64,000 bases of DNA from an uncultured archaeon (GCA_963734525.1 CAVTHI010000009.1:67429-131428); one strand, 5' to 3'; shown: positions 35,101-45,600, counted from the first letter of the stretch. A program made the numbers and translations. Notes: generated by a model from the sequence alone, not told the origin.

Positions 35101-37096
35101 CACGGGGCCGGACCAGGATGCGATGGACTATTCTTTCGGAGAAGCAGTCGGCCAGCGGGGCGGCGGAAGGGACTGGTCGCAGAGCGTCTACGGCACGGGC
35201 GGCGACGGCCAGCAGCGCATTCTCGGCAACCTCAGCTGGAACAACCAGCCCCTCGGCGGCATGACGCGCGAGGGCGAGCAGAGGAGCACCACCATGACGA
35301 GGGGCAGGTTCGACGTCGACGTCGAGGGCTCCATGCTCGAGCGCATGATGCTTTCCATGGATGCGACCGCGCCTTCGGGCTCGGACACCGCGGTATATTT
35401 CCTGAAGGAAGGCGACACGTACCGCTCATATGTCTTCCAGAGGTTCGGAGGCGGAAGCTTCGGGCTCGTGGATGTCAGGACGTTCACGGAAAACGAGGCG
35501 CGGATGTTCTACGAGCGCACGTTCGAAAGCCAGCCCTGGCGCCTCTACGGCGGCGCGAGAATCAGCGGCGGCGACGCGGGAGGCGCGCGCGAGGACTGGA
35601 TGGCGGCGATGGACGGGGCGGTCCTGTTCTCAGGGCTCCCGAGCGATGAGGAGCAGTTCCAGGGCGCAGGCGCCGCGGTCCAGGTGGGCACCGGCGGCGG
35701 GGCCGCCGATTACGAGCACACGCGCGGACAGCGGAGCGGCCTCATGGGCGCTTACATAAATCCTGAAGAGCGCGAATATTACGTCGGGCGACTCTATCTT
35801 AGCGCGCTCGAGCAAAGCGCGGAGAGGCCGGGCGTCGGCGTGCACGGCGAGTTCCAATATTTCAGGGCGAGGAGAGGGACTATCGACGCGTTCCTCGGAA
35901 GCAGGGAGGTCGGCGAGGAAGGCTCCGCGGCCGAGGACATAGAAGGCGGAATAATCGCGTCGTATCTCGGCGAAGGCTGGTGGGGCGGGGGGCGCGGCGG
36001 ATACATGATGAGCCAGATGATAAGGCCGCAGGCTGAGGGAACCGTGCCCGAGCTTGCGTTGACGCGCCAGCAGGTTGCGGGCGGTTCGGTGTATGGCGGC
36101 ACGGATTTGCGCGTGCTGGCCCTGACCGCGGCCGCATCAGCGGTATGGACGCAGGAGCTTGAGGACATGCCCGCGGACGCGACGGAAGGGGAATGGCAGC
36201 AGCACATGGCCGCGGCGCTCAGCATGTACGTCCCGGCTATCTATAGCAGGCTTATGGGCGGCGGCGTCCACGAGGAGGATTACTGGACCGGCGGCCACGG
36301 AATCGTGTCCGTTCTTTATCCGCTCGAGTGGCTGAGCGAACTGAGCGCGTTCGGAATCTATCTCCAGGGCGAAGGGGAGCATGAAGGCGAAACGCTCCCG
36401 ATTGTCGGCGCGAACGCCGAGGTGGTGCCAGGCCGCGGGACAAGGTTCAGGGTGCAGGCTTTCGGCGTGATAGGCGCCGGGGGCGGCGCTGACTTGCGCG
36501 CGTTCTTCGGGACCGAATCCGGATTCGATTTCTCGGTCAACGGCGTCTATACCGAGGGCATGGACACCGTGGGGCAGGGCATATCCGGCGCGCTGAGGCT
36601 GCGCCTCGGTGAGGACGAGGACGAATACAGGGTCAGGCTCATACTCGCAGGGGGATACTCCGAGCAGGAGGTCGCCGGGGAGACTGTTGTCAGCGGCGAA
36701 GGCGCGGGAATCGTCCGGGTGAATCTCGCGGAACCAGGGACCGAGCCGACCGTGACGGACATCCATGTGGGCGTGAGCGGCATCCACACCGAAGTGACGC
36801 CGGTGAGCCCGGACGAGGAGGCCGTCAGCGCGGACCAGGTCGATGCGCAGGCGGGCGTGACTGTCGGGACCGCGGACTGGAGCCTCGACGCGCACGCGGG
36901 CGTGCAGTACTGGACTGCGGAAGGGGACGAGAGGCTGTATATAACCGTGGGCGGGGAATACCAGCTCTGGAACGGCGAGGGCGACATCCAGGGGCTCAGC
37001 CTCGGGGGGAGTTTCAACGGGCTCGTCTATGAGGAGGGCGAGTCTAGGGCGAGCGATTACAACTTCACGATTAATCTGAGATTGCTGAACATGTGA
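32180..37096 (+). CDS. giant protein G4 (1638 aa), unknown function
   Basis: GGGGGA lies about 9 nt before the ATG. Starts MSGPRLKWN. The N-terminal ~170 aa are homologous to G5. Acidic helical middle. The C-terminal ~220+ aa are Gly/aromatic-rich with alternating hydrophobic residues, ending ...YNFTINLRLLNM. Confidence 0.85.
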   Translation: MSGPRLKWNTELSERAAEYARRQAQAAMSNIPFKLKAALIGGMMSIGEAAGASNINSGGGDGIMAFQKMPGRSGGLKEAGETHAVAPHESIRIAVQQAQVATEKLREFMLGGNQARAEEFLRIYDDWTQREESESGEFNDAFMVALRERVMNDPELGPIFNAYWGARTTEDGGLDLTQLCVSVSEVFRAAASGSAEAIEELRRQYGEFAGAFVDGIVAVYQSSQGAEEGIAQAVPVPVRTEDQTETDAGRAADFIRNFARSSDEEDSRGHDQAYYLGQLMGILARYRDGDGFDSSFLGALLRRLGERERAVLEGFERRVGIGEGESLTFSNFERFLEDVGIVSRELRAGEQQSVNLANLRTRYGDAFVTAMQRLLPAQEPMHLATLSILREKIDAIRAFARERHIGLSTMQISGRTLDEWEGELEELEAQGEDADQEAINTMNGSLPSENALLREEREARRISSRLDILINGTRPFYYNIGESWLSMARSLLMQADNRGAGAASGGFFTILFTRDLGERDMRLEDVVSTGVDEESGEETSEVSTGVRSTIERISDAIPLLRSIRLMVNGGFRESDMDSTRRMISELPDDLFPQEVRDAMEHGFEQTARSAAETGYDEGTIRSAITMVRRACSGLGPEIQDRLLMGTVSSWHNDTGESEEGASRLQALDDAYSHIASGAVFGEFQEFTGLLEERFRMEAESAQTGLPDETAFDGILIRDARTRLTNASEIFRNSPLEMRFAIFQLFQGQRPSGELSSEDIGRIAAVINGLEGMPSAYAALLIQRAGPTLFADYDAQSIEVILTAISSYSQPLINAGMYRELEEYYEGIGDRIADLFVDVVALRNVAREQGGMLRDVRVRLPGDRPDFADLYLPASRISISLPKRIYERWVSEGAVVRVTQSPDIRESPAPSPGMGAIERAFFGRDAIHMEMNVPMPLLSLPLVIENLGALRPRYAIPVEEMNELWADASGAVHSVTGPDQDAMDYSFGEAVGQRGGGRDWSQSVYGTGGDGQQRILGNLSWNNQPLGGMTREGEQRSTTMTRGRFDVDVEGSMLERMMLSMDATAPSGSDTAVYFLKEGDTYRSYVFQRFGGGSFGLVDVRTFTENEARMFYERTFESQPWRLYGGARISGGDAGGAREDWMAAMDGAVLFSGLPSDEEQFQGAGAAVQVGTGGGAADYEHTRGQRSGLMGAYINPEEREYYVGRLYLSALEQSAERPGVGVHGEFQYFRARRGTIDAFLGSREVGEEGSAAEDIEGGIIASYLGEGWWGGGRGGYMMSQMIRPQAEGTVPELALTRQQVAGGSVYGGTDLRVLALTAAASAVWTQELEDMPADATEGEWQQHMAAALSMYVPAIYSRLMGGGVHEEDYWTGGHGIVSVLYPLEWLSELSAFGIYLQGEGEHEGETLPIVGANAEVVPGRGTRFRVQAFGVIGAGGGADLRAFFGTESGFDFSVNGVYTEGMDTVGQGISGALRLRLGEDEDEYRVRLILAGGYSEQEVAGETVVSGEGAGIVRVNLAEPGTEPTVTDIHVGVSGIHTEVTPVSPDEEAVSADQVDAQAGVTVGTADWSLDAHAGVQYWTAEGDERLYITVGGEYQLWNGEGDIQGLSLGGSFNGLVYEEGESRASDYNFTINLRLLNM

Positions 37097-37149
37097 AAAC
37101 GCAGGAGAAGAATGCTGTAGATGCAGAGACGGTATGGGGGAGATTTGAC

Positions 37150-37578
37150 ATGGAATGGACCGGAATACGATTATACAAGGCGGAGGCGGAATGCGTGTCC
37201 GACAGGAAGTTCGAGGGAATCGCGGCATCGCTCGACATCACCGGAATCGGCATGACCGGGGGCGGCGCGCTTAAAATCGATTTCACGCACACGACGAAAT
37301 ACCAGCCCGGAATCGCGATGATACGCTTTTGCGGGTTCGCGCTCGCGAAGGGGAAGAAGGCCGAGCTCGATTCGCTGCTTGCGGGGTGGAAAAAGGACAG
37401 GTTCCTGCCCAAGGACGTGTTCGAGACGCTCGTGAACCTCGCGAAATACTCCGCGGAGACCAACGGGGTGCTCGTGGCCAAGGCATTGAACATCGCACCG
37501 CCGCTGGTCGTCCCGAGGGTCCGCCTGGCAGAGCCGCAGCCCCGGATTCCGGCCCAGAAGGCCGGAAAAAAGAAGTAG
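37150..37578 (+). CDS. small conserved protein, possible SecB-like chaperone fold (paralog of 46865-47311)
   Basis: The track starts at GTG 37093, overlapping the G4 stop. ATG 37150 has GGGGGAG about 9 nt upstream and aligns with the paralog. Shared pattern: ALKIDFTHTTKYQP.IAMIRFCGFA... / GVILEFTYAVDYKP.IGSLRMTGEAF..., then NGVLVAKALNIAPPLVVP / NSIFLLRPFNLLPPFMPP, and a Lys-rich tail. Function is inferred only. Confidence 0.65.
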   Translation: MEWTGIRLYKAEAECVSDRKFEGIAASLDITGIGMTGGGALKIDFTHTTKYQPGIAMIRFCGFALAKGKKAELDSLLAGWKKDRFLPKDVFETLVNLAKYSAETNGVLVAKALNIAPPLVVPRVRLAEPQPRIPAQKAGKKK

Positions 37579-37632
37579 AAGGCAGCGGACCGCCCTTCCC
37601 GCGCAATCCTGAAGCGCAAACAGGATTTCCCG

Positions 37633-37670
37633 GTTTTTCCGGGCTTTTACCCGCTTTTTTCCCTGTTTCC
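37633..37670 (+). terminator. T-rich terminator after the small ORF
   Basis: ggtttttccgggcttttacccgcttttttccctgtttcc contains T5, T4 and T6 runs. Confidence 0.4.
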
Positions 37671-37916
37671 GGTTCCAGCCCCAGCAGTTGGGGGCGGCAT
37701 CGGGAGTTTTCAACAGAATTTCATATACACGAATTTCCTTTTTGAGTGACAACTCTTTATATTCTTTTCTGACCAATATACAACTCGGACAGACACAATA
37801 CTCGGTGGCAGAAGATTCCGGGCCATTGCAGCGCAAGAGCGGCCCGGAACGGAAAGGATTTCATACTAACTCAGAACCCGCCAGCGTGATTCGGGTTCTC
37901 AAGGAAGGATGCTCAT

Positions 37917-40900
37917 ATGGCCGGTCCGAGGTTGAAGCACGGGGAGGAAAAGGAGGTGCCAGAAGGCGCGCCGTCCGAACGCCGCAGCAGGCCGAATTCG
38001 GCAGCCTTTTCACGGCCAGGGTGGCGCGATTGGCCACCGCGACGCTTGCCGGAATTATGACGTTGGAAGGCATAACTAATTTAAATATCCTTAGTCCTAA
38101 TGTTGCCATGGCACAACCGAGGCGGAAGGGGGGCGCGGAACCAGAAGAGATCACAAGGCTCCAGGCACAGGCCGTGGATGCCGCAAATGCTTTTCGGGAT
38201 TATATCGTAGGAGGGGACCCGGCCAGGAGGCAGTTTTTCTGGACCACCTACAACCAGGCGTTCGGCGGTGCCACGCTGCACGACAACTCCACGTTCATGA
38301 CGAAGCTCTTCGAGGAGCTCGACCGCATCGGCAGGGACCCAGGGGTCCAGCCGTTGCTCGCCGCATTCACGGCGGACCGGGGAAGCCTCTTCGGCTTCCT
38401 CTGGAGCAATCCGGTGCATTTCACGGATTTCATCGATACCACTTACAACATCAGGCAGAGGCTCGAAGGGGGCACGGCGAGGCCCGCGGACATAACGAGG
38501 CTCTCCCGGCAGGTCCGCGAATCGCAGGGCAGGCCGGCCAGGGCGGACACCCAGGTCGGGCGCGTCCGCGCGGCGATGGAGGCCAACACGAGCCTCACCG
38601 TAGAAGACGCGGTGAGGGCGGAGCTGGAGAGGCCGAGCCGCGAGGAGGCGACGGCGAGATACGGCGACAACCTGACGCGCGAAGTGATTGCGCGCTCCCC
38701 AGGGCAGTTGGCAATCAGGGCGGCTGTCGCACTGCGCGACTTCATACTCACTGGGGACGAATCCAAGCGCACGCTTTTCCGCAGCATCTGGGACGCGAAC
38801 ACCACCCAGGCGTTCACCGACGCGTTCACAGCGGAATTCACGGCGAGGATTTACCGCGACAGCGGCTCGGGCCTCGCGGCGATTGCGCAGGCTTACAACA
38901 CCAGGCACAGCGGGACCGACCCGATAGCGTTCGCCACAATGATTACGCAGCTCTATGCGGCGGCGGGCTCGCGCACAGACACCACGCGCGAAATAGAGCA
39001 GATGCGCACGGCCGAAGGCACGAACGTCGTGGACCCGCTCCTGGCAATAGTGGCAAGGGGCATGGCGGGCAGGGCGATAACGCTCATGCGCGACGTGCTC
39101 GAGAACGGGACTCCGGCGTCACGGGACCAGTTCGTCGCTATATTGAACGGCAGGCTGGCGGTCATTGCGAACAACGCGGTCCAGATGCCGAACGTCGAGA
39201 ACAACGACGTGTTCTGGAACGAGTTCACGCGGCTTTACACCGCGGAAATCGGGCAGAGCAGCCGCCTTGCGACGCTGGTGCGGAGCTTCCAGAGGAATAT
39301 ACTCCCGATTGCAATCAGGGACATCTACACGGAGCTTGCGAGGGCGAGCCCGGACACTGCGAGGCTGAATGCGGATTACGGGCCTGACCTTGTGGGGCTC
39401 ATCGCGTCCAACACAGGCACGCTTTCGTGGATGGCGCGCCCGGATTCGGACTTGTCCTCGGAAATCACGAGGAGGTCGCGGGCGGAGGACCCGGCCGCGG
39501 TCCGCGTAAGCGGCGTCCGCCTGGCTCAGGGCGTTTCCAGGCCGGCGGCGCTTAGGGAGACTTATATCGCGCTCGTGCAGGAAAGGGCGGTCACGCGCAC
39601 GGTCGAGGCGCCGGACGTGACGGCCATACTCGAGCGGAATTTCGATTCGCTTTCATACCTTGCCGGAACGCCGGCCCAGGTCCAGAGGGAGATTGAGCGG
39701 AGGGCGAGGGCCAGGCCGCCGGATGCGGTTGCACAGCAGCTGCTCGCGCGCTTCCCCACAAACGCCGGAGCATCGCTCTCGGCCGCGTACACCGCGCTCC
39801 GCGACGCGCGGACGCGCAGGGCTGCGCTCGTAACGCAATACGGCCAGGAATTCGTGGACATCGTGGCGGCGAACCTCGACGGACTCCAGTGGGTCATGAG
39901 GCCCGTGGAAGAGATAGACAGCCAGATGCGCTCCAGGCGCGACGACGCGTTCGTCCGCTCGGTCAACACCAGGATAGGATATTCGGTCGGCACGCTCGCG
40001 CATGGCCTCCGCGACATCTATACCGAGTTCGGCCGGCCTACGCCGGACCGCGCAAGGCTGGACCAGACTTACGGCTCTGAACTCGTGACGCTCGTGGCGA
40101 CCAACCGCGCGAGCCTCGGATGGCTCGGAAGCGACCTCGCCACGGTGGAGAGGACGCTCCAGGACCCGAGCACGGACGCAACCACGCGCTCGCTGCAGCT
40201 CAAGCTTTACAGTTATACGCCGGTCCAGCTCGTTTCCGCAATCGCCCGCGCAAGAAGCGCAATCACCAGGCGCGGGCTCGCCCTTGCGGATGCGACAGAC
40301 GCATACGGCACGGTCTTCGTAGGCCCGGTCGTTTCGCGCCAGGCGGTCGTCACCCCGTCAATCTCGCCAGAGGTTGCGCAGCCCCTCCAGCAGGTGCTCG
40401 AATCCCGCGCGCTCGGCATAGTGCGGCAGTTCGAGGAAATCGACAGGCAGCTCCGCTGGCCCATCCTCGAGCCGGCGCGCGTGCTCATCCAGGAGCGCAT
40501 CAGGCTCTGGAGGCAGGAGAACGACGCAATCAGGCTGGAGGCCAGGCAGACGCAGGACCCGACCGCGCTTGCGGCGCTCGAAACACGGCAGGCGACGCTC
40601 ATCAACTCCATGCTCACGCCCGCAGAAATGCGCCGCTCGGTCGAAATGGCGTTCGCCATGGTGCACCTTGCGGAGACAGGCGGCGATATGAGCCGCGCGC
40701 CCAGCCTCAGCGACGTCACGACGACGGACCAGGACATCGGGACATTGAGGAGGCTCTCGGAGTGGTACCGCGGGCTGAGCACGACGGGGAAGCAGCCGGT
40801 GGTGGGCGAGGTCGTCTCGTCCGTGCTTTACCGCGCCGACCCGAACCTGTACCAGTTCATAACCGGGCTGTCCGAACCCGGATTCGTCAGCGCGATCTCG

Positions 40901-42661
40901 CGCGTATATTCGCTCACAAGGAGAATCGGCGGGGACAACAGGCAGACGCTGGTCGCCCTTTACGGCGAGCAGTTCGTGGCGCTCGTGGAATCGCAGGCGC
41001 CGCACCTGCGCATCCTTGAAAGCCCTTCGGTGATGGCGAACCCCGCGGCGACGATGGCAAGCCTCAGGCGTGGCGAGAACGAGCTTTACGCGAGCATAGT
41101 CGTCCGCGTCTACAGGGCCGTGTCGAGCCCGGCCGCAGGCGAGGACAGGGCGAGGATGGAGAGCCTCTTCGGGCCCGAGTTCGTGGCCGCAGTCGTGGCG
41201 AACCAGGCGCAGATGACAGCACTCGGAACGGGCACGGCAGGCCTTCCGGAGGTCCAGGCGCTCCCCGAATCCGTCAGGCGCGCACTCGCGGCCGCGTATC
41301 CGGCGGCTTACCAGAGAAGCATCGGGGCACTTGTCCGCGGATTCCGCAACCAGGAGGACTGGATGTTCAGGAGCATGTCCGCGGTGTACGCGGCCCTGCG
41401 CGAAAGGCCGGCCCGCGGGGCTTCGGCTGATGCGACGCAGGCGTACGCACAGCGCGTCAGGGAGCTGAATGCCGCATACGGCGACAGCTTCGTCGCTACT
41501 ATAAGCGAGAACATGGCGCAGTTCGAGTTCCTCCAGCGCCCGACTTCTTCGCCGAGGGACCTGGCCAACATCCCCCCCGAGCTCCGCGAACGGCTCAACA
41601 CCACTTTCGAAGGCGGGCCTGCGGTGGGCAGGGCGAGCTTCATGACGAACTTCCTGCGCGTATACGAGCAGCTGCCGAGGGTGTACACCCAGCTGCGCGG
41701 GGCGCTCGCGTTCTCGAACCCGACGGACACGCTGCCGACGACGCTCGCGAACGCCATCGCCTATTACCGCCAGCAGTTCGGAAGCAACAACTACCTCTTC
41801 AACCAGTACATCAACCTGGACCTCCTCAGCAGGAACATCCAGCGCATCGCACGCAGGTACAACGTCCAGCTTCCGCCGAACATCGCGGACGGCATCGATT
41901 CGCCGGAGGAGCTCTCGCAGTTCATCAGCACCGAAACCGGGAGGAGCCTGCTTGCGGCGGGAAGGACGTTCTATAACGATACCCTGCTCCCGCTGTACCA
42001 GCAGCAGAAGGTCGGACAACAACTTCCACCCGACGACCGGCGATTACACCGACGCGAACGTGACGAACCTGGTGAACCAGCTTTCCATCCTCGACGCGCT
42101 CTACCTCGGCGTGGCGCTCGAAAGCGTTTCGGGAACCGACAGCGCGTTCCAGCGGTCGGCCGCGACGGCGACCATGAACGCGATTCTCGTCATCTCGAAC
42201 CGCGACCCGTACCTCGTAGGGCCGTTCCTCCTCCAGGTGCTCCCGGCTATCCTGTCATGCTCGCAGGACGAGCGGACCATCGTCGCCGCGATAGAGGCGT
42301 TCAACGGGATATTCACCCAGAGGTACGAGACGGGAACGAGGGAAATCGCATACAGCAACGCCCTCAACCGCAGGTATTTCCTCGAGGTGTTCCAGCGCAT
42401 CGGCGACAGGCTCCCCGAGGTCACGAGCTCCTACGACCACAGCAGGCTCGAGGACGAGCTGCGCCTCACCCCGGAGCCCAGGACCGACGAGGGATACATG
42501 AGCCCGCTGCTCTACCGCTACAGGCCGGGCTTCTGGCAGGGCGACGGCCTCGAGGCGCTTCCGACGATGTACGGCCAGCAGGGCTCGCCGATACGCCTGC
42601 TTCCGAGGCCCACGATGCCGACAAGCCCGTTCCTGCCGGTTCCGGGAGGATTCACGATTGA
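37917..42661 (+). CDS. giant protein G5, N-terminal part (start ATG 37917; frame change near 37960-37980; credible to about 42013)
   Basis: AAGGAAGGA lies 8 nt before ATG 37917, which opens MAGPRLKHGEEKEV..., parallel to G4 MSGPRLKWN. That frame stops at 38058-38060. The tracked 37688 frame then reads RRAVRTPQQAEFGSLFTARVARLATATLAGIMTLEGITN..., homologous to G4. After LYQQQKV (about 42013) the tracked frame becomes Arg/Pro junk. Confidence 0.8.
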
Positions 42662-45600
42662 TTCGGGCGCGAGCGACATATTCAGCAGCATGTACGACCA
42701 GCTTCGGCCGCCGGTGGAAAGGATGTTCCGCCAGCGCGTGCCTGCCAGGTTCAGGATAGGCGCGCTCGGCGCATCGACGATTATACGCAGGATAAACCAG
42801 CTCTTCGGCCCGATGCCGGTCGATTACAACGATTACTGGCTTAGCGCCTTCGGCGAAGCCGGGGCATACTACGCGCACCAGGAGAGGGGGCCGACCTCGA
42901 CGAACAGGGGCGGCCTTGCAGGCGTCGGCGGAGGCCGCACGATCAGCGGCGGCGAAAGGGCGACCGCCAGGTGGACGCGCGACCAGACCGAAACCGCGAT
43001 TCCGGCCGGCGAAGGCCAGGCGCGGAGCGCCACGTCCACGACTTCGGATACCGTGGACATCAACGCATCGGCAGTCAGGCTGCCGCCCCCATTGTCGGGA
43101 CCGGTGCCGCTTCCGCTCCTGGGCGTCGTGCCGTACGACCTGTTCAGGATGGGCGAGGGAACCGGCTCGGCATACGTGGCGAGGCCGCAGTCCGAAGTCC
43201 AATCCGAGCTCGAGCGCAGGCGCGGAACCGGGGACCAGGTCGTCGCGAACATATTCACGCTCAGGCCGAACAACACCGCGGCGGCCCTTCTCGACACGTA
43301 CACCGAACTGCTCAAGACCGCGCCGGACCGCACTAGGCTGGAGCGGGATTACGGAAGGCCGTTCGTCGAGCTCGTCGCTGGCAACAGGCAGTACCTCAAC
43401 TGGGTCCTGTCGCAGTCACCCGAGATGGGCGTCGGAATACACCGCGCGAGGCAGGAATTCCATTACGAGAACTCGAGCACGACGCAGACCACCGCGCCGC
43501 CGGCAGGGCAGGCCGGGGACACTACGGTCACGGACACGCAGACGAGGGGCAGGACGAGGGGGCTCCTCGAGACCTACCAGAGGATTGCGCGCCAGTCCCA
43601 GACGGACATGCTCCTTTTCGTCGCGGGCGAGCACGTGCCCGAGCTTTCGTCGGCAGGCGGTGCAACATCCCAGCGCGGGGAGGACAGGCTCAAGACGAGG
43701 CTGTACTTCGTCACGCGCGAAGGCGACGTCTACCAGCTCGCATACGGCCTCGACACGAGGGCCCAGCTCCTCAACTACCTTTATGCCGGGGCGAACACCC
43801 AGCAGTTCCTCGCATCGGCGAGGGCTGTCGGGCGGCAGATGCTGACGGGCGACTCGGCGGCGGCCGGTTTCGACGGCGCGGCGGTGGGGTTCACCCTTCC
43901 GCGCTCGGGCGGGGATTCGTTCTCGTCCCTTGCGTTCGGCCAGCTTGTGCGCAGCATGAGGTACATGGACCCGGTCCACGCCGAGCAGGCCGCGGGCATG
44001 GCTGTCACCAGCCTCCTTGCGGACCGGAGGCAGAGGGACGTATATGCGGCGTTCTACCGCGGGGCGGAGATGATAACCGTCGACCAGCAGGACCGCCAGC
44101 ACATAACCGACACCAGGTTCGCTGAAGGGACCGGCGAGGTCATGTGGAGGCGCATGCGCATCGACCCCATGGCCTACCAGGCCGAGATAAGGGCGGCCGG
44201 CGGATACCCGGCGACCGTGGCGGCAAGGGGCCGCCTCGAATGGCGCCCCTCAAGATACCAGACCAACGCGCTCGGCGTCACGGCGGCCTACTCTCATATC
44301 GACCTGCTGCGCGAGATGAGGGCCGCGGGCGCGGATGCCAACGAAATTTACGGCGGATTGCAGACCGTCCTTACGAGCCTTTACGGCTGGTCCGAGGACA
44401 CGGCGAGGGACACCGGATGGCTCGCCGCGGGGAGCTACATGTACGCGCGCATGGAGAACTACACGATGCAGAATCCGGACGGCACCTACCGGACGCTGCC
44501 TTCGGGCCCGGAGGGGAACCCGGAGCAGCATTACGCGAGTGCCATGTTCATGTACTGGGCCCAGCGCCACGGCATACTCATGGGCGCGCAGAGGGTGCCG
44601 GGATGGACGAGGATATACGACAGGATAGACCAGGCCATGAGGCAGATACAGCAGAACCCGGCCAACGAGGCGACGATACTCGAAGGGCTTTCGCGCGCGC
44701 TGCGCGATGATTTGCGCAGGGACATCTGGCGCTTCGCCCTCGCATACGGGTATGACGGCGAGCGCGTCAGGATATACACCGTCGGAGGCGGCCAGTACGT
44801 CAACGATGAAACCGCATACGGGAACCTGTACAGCATGTTCATCTTCGGCAGGCCTGCGGCGGGATACGTGGACATCCTCGGCCACGCTTACGGGTATTCG
44901 CCCCTCGTCATCAGCGAGAACCCGGGCACGGCGGGGCAGTTCACCGTGACGCGCGGCAGGCAGACGCCGTTCGTCGACCTGTACACGGGGTTCGGCATCA
45001 TGGACTGGCCGAGCATCAGCCTGCAGAGGTACCAGAGGGAAGTGGCGATAACGAGCGCGCCGAACATCGCAGGGGCGGTGCGCGACGCCTACCGCGAACT
45101 CGGCGGCATGAGGAACAGGACGCGCCTCGTCCGCGACTACGGCGAATCCCTGGTCGCGCTGGTCGAGGAAGGCCGCGAGACGCTCAGCTGGATGATAAGG
45201 CCGGCCGCGCAGGTCCGAACCGAGATGCAGACGCGCCTCGGCCAGGACGACCCGATAGTGCTGTCGTTCCTCAACCTGCGCTCAGGACGGGAGAGCGGGG
45301 CGACGACGGTCAGCGCAGAGGACGCGGCCGCGCTCGTGGACATATTCACCGAGCTCCGGAAGGCCACGCCGAACCGCGAACGGCTCGAAACGAGGTATTC
45401 CCGCGAGCTCGTGGACCTTGTCGAGAGGAACAGCACGGACCTCGACTGGATGCTCCTCCCGGCAGACCGCATGAGAAGCGAATTCACGCGGAGGGCGCAG
45501 GCGAGAGGCTCGGTCGAAGCGAGGATGGCCGAGGTGTCATTGCCGGCCCCGCCCACCCAGGCGTCGCTAACAGGGCCCGAGGTCAAGACGCTCATGGAGC

